Shown: in pieces, positions 30,863-32,000 of the stretch
How the letters are laid out: each line of letters starts with the position of its first letter
Numbering within the stretch: position 1 is the first letter of the stretch
Assembly (NCBI RefSeq): GCF_000025505.1
Contig: NC_013849.1
Span: 570,001-602,000 of the forward strand
DNA from: Ferroglobus placidus DSM 10642
GTDB taxonomy: Archaea; Halobacteriota; Archaeoglobi; Archaeoglobales; Archaeoglobaceae
Length of the DNA stretch: 32,000 nucleotides
Reading direction: 5' to 3'
Translations under genes and position numbers: made by a program
Notes under the pieces: model-generated
Database searches by the model: none
The model's input: only the letters and a program-made list of their open reading frames with translations
What the model was told of the DNA's origin: nothing

Positions 30863-32000
30863 GCTTTAAGCTTTAGGAATTCCCATATAAATTCTTTCGT
30901 TTCCGGTGATGGAGTTATCACTCTTTTCACGACTCCGCTTCTTATTTTCTCCCCCACGTCAGCTCCCAGAGATTTCCAGTGATTCCTTATGCAATCTCTA
31001 ATAGCTTCGTCAGCTTGAGTGTATTTTCTCCTAACGTAAGTTACGTACTTTCCATCCTCGAAAAAGTGCTTGTATTCTCTCTCTTTCTTTATAAACCTCA
31101 TAGCATGCTCGTAAACCTCGAAGGGTGGTCCGAAGTGCTTTTTAATTTTACCAAGCCTTTCAAAGGCTGTCTCTACGTAAATTAAGCAAGTGTCGTCTTT
31201 CACGAAGTGCCCGGTTTTTATTACTTCAAAATCGTTGTTTTCCAAAAACTCGGAAATTTTTCTGCAAGCTCTTTCAAGCTGAGGATATAGGTTGTCTTCA
31301 ACGATTGCCGGCTTTTCAAAGCTTATCTCGTAAACAAATCTACTTTCAAGCTCTTTTTCGAGCTTTTCATCGTTTATCTTCTCTCTTTCTGGATAAAAGA
31401 ACTCTTTGGATGGATTTTCTATGAAGAGTCTGCACTTCTCGACGAATTTAGCCAGGTTGTCAACGCTTAAATTTGCTGCCACGTTTCTCTTCTCGTCAAC
31501 CGGATCGACGACGAAGATGTTCTTCAATCCCTTTTTTCTGTAAACTTTTCCCTTCGCAACGTCTATCACCAAATCCCTTCTCCATTTTGCAGCTTCTTTA
31601 ACGAGGTTTTCGAAGCTTCCGTAGAAAACTACGAGCAGCTCGCAGAGGTAGCCGGAGAAGCCTCTCACTTTGTACTCGGCTCCGTATAAATTCGAAGCTT
31701 TCAGGAACCTTTTCAAAAGCCTGACGTCGTTTTCTTTTCCTTTTATCCTATCTTTGAGCCACTCGTGGTGAAAAGGAGTCCTGTCAACTGCACTTTTAAT
31801 TTTCTCGGCGCTTCTCAGCTTGTAGCATGGAACGACGTCTGCTTCAACTCCTAAAACTTTACCGTGAACGTAAGGATGTGCAGCGTATCTCAACTCAAAC
31901 TCGTCGAGAACGCTCTTTCCGATTTCAAGCCCGATTCTTTCAAGTTCCTCTTCAGTGTAGCTTTCGGGAAAGAGAACGAAAACGTCTATCTCCAAACTTT
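30859..32000 (-). CDS. cca: tRNA CCA-adding enzyme, archaeal class I nucleotidyltransferase (N-terminus beyond the window edge)
   Basis: DVFVLFP..., AAHPYVHG, GVEADVVPCY and SAVDRTPFHHEWL are characteristic of archaeal CCA-adding enzymes. The frame stays open to the window end, so the catalytic N-terminal ~60-80 aa are missing. Confidence 0.88.
   Translation of the reverse strand, partial: SLEIDVFVLFPESYTEEELERIGLEIGKSVLDEFELRYAAHPYVHGKVLGVEADVVPCYKLRSAEKIKSAVDRTPFHHEWLKDRIKGKENDVRLLKRFLKASNLYGAEYKVRGFSGYLCELLVVFYGSFENLVKEAAKWRRDLVIDVAKGKVYRKKGLKNIFVVDPVDEKRNVAANLSVDNLAKFVEKCRLFIENPSKEFFYPEREKINDEKLEKELESRFVYEISFEKPAIVEDNLYPQLERACRKISEFLENNDFEVIKTGHFVKDDTCLIYVETAFERLGKIKKHFGPPFEVYEHAMRFIKKEREYKHFFEDGKYVTYVRRKYTQADEAIRDCIRNHWKSLGADVGEKIRSGVVKRVITPSPETKEFIWEFLKLKA

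Noticed and set aside
1-32000. The possibility that this is a bacterial (Geobacter/Shewanella-type) porin-cytochrome locus
   Set aside because: There is no beta-barrel porin gene. The flanking genes are archaeal-type (class I CCA-adding enzyme, Sec11-type signal peptidase). The promoters are BRE/TATA-like with leaderless starts. The IS matches the archaeal ISA1214 type.

Overview
The window looks archaeal, probably Archaeoglobales (Archaeoglobus, Ferroglobus or Geoglobus). Supporting features are a class-I CCA-adding enzyme, a Sec11-type signal peptidase, BRE/TATA-like promoters with leaderless starts, and a 1214-bp ISA1214-type insertion sequence. The window is dominated by a ~21-kb cluster of eight same-strand c-type multihaem cytochrome genes (3961-25206). 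Three are giant secreted cytochromes of 1732, ~1639 and 1864 aa, with 33, 29 and 23 canonical CXXCH motifs plus 4, 2 and 1 spacing variants. Five are small paralogous 4-7-haem cytochromes, each with one N-terminal hydrophobic segment. I counted 108 canonical CXXCH motifs in the translations. A BNR/Asp-box beta-propeller gene sits antisense between giants 1 and 2. A lipoprotein gene and a PKD/TP-linker surface protein gene follow the cluster. The giants are built from a reused ~416-aa, roughly 11-haem module. They also carry Ig-like domains, a (PT)14 linker and CBM4_9-like jelly-roll domains, one of which is inserted inside a haem module. Patches of near-identical DNA between paralogues suggest ongoing gene conversion. 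The IS, with an intact 9-bp target duplication, lies between the divergent promoters at the 5' edge of the cluster. The flanks are housekeeping genes: signal peptidase I, hisG, a NifX-like protein, an M20 peptidase, an MBL hydrolase and cca. There is also a small HTH gene that is intact only across a -1 frameshift at A_AAA_AAG. My main proposal is that the cluster is an archaeal extracellular electron-transfer apparatus, possibly including filament-forming small cytochromes. Function is inferred from sequence only.
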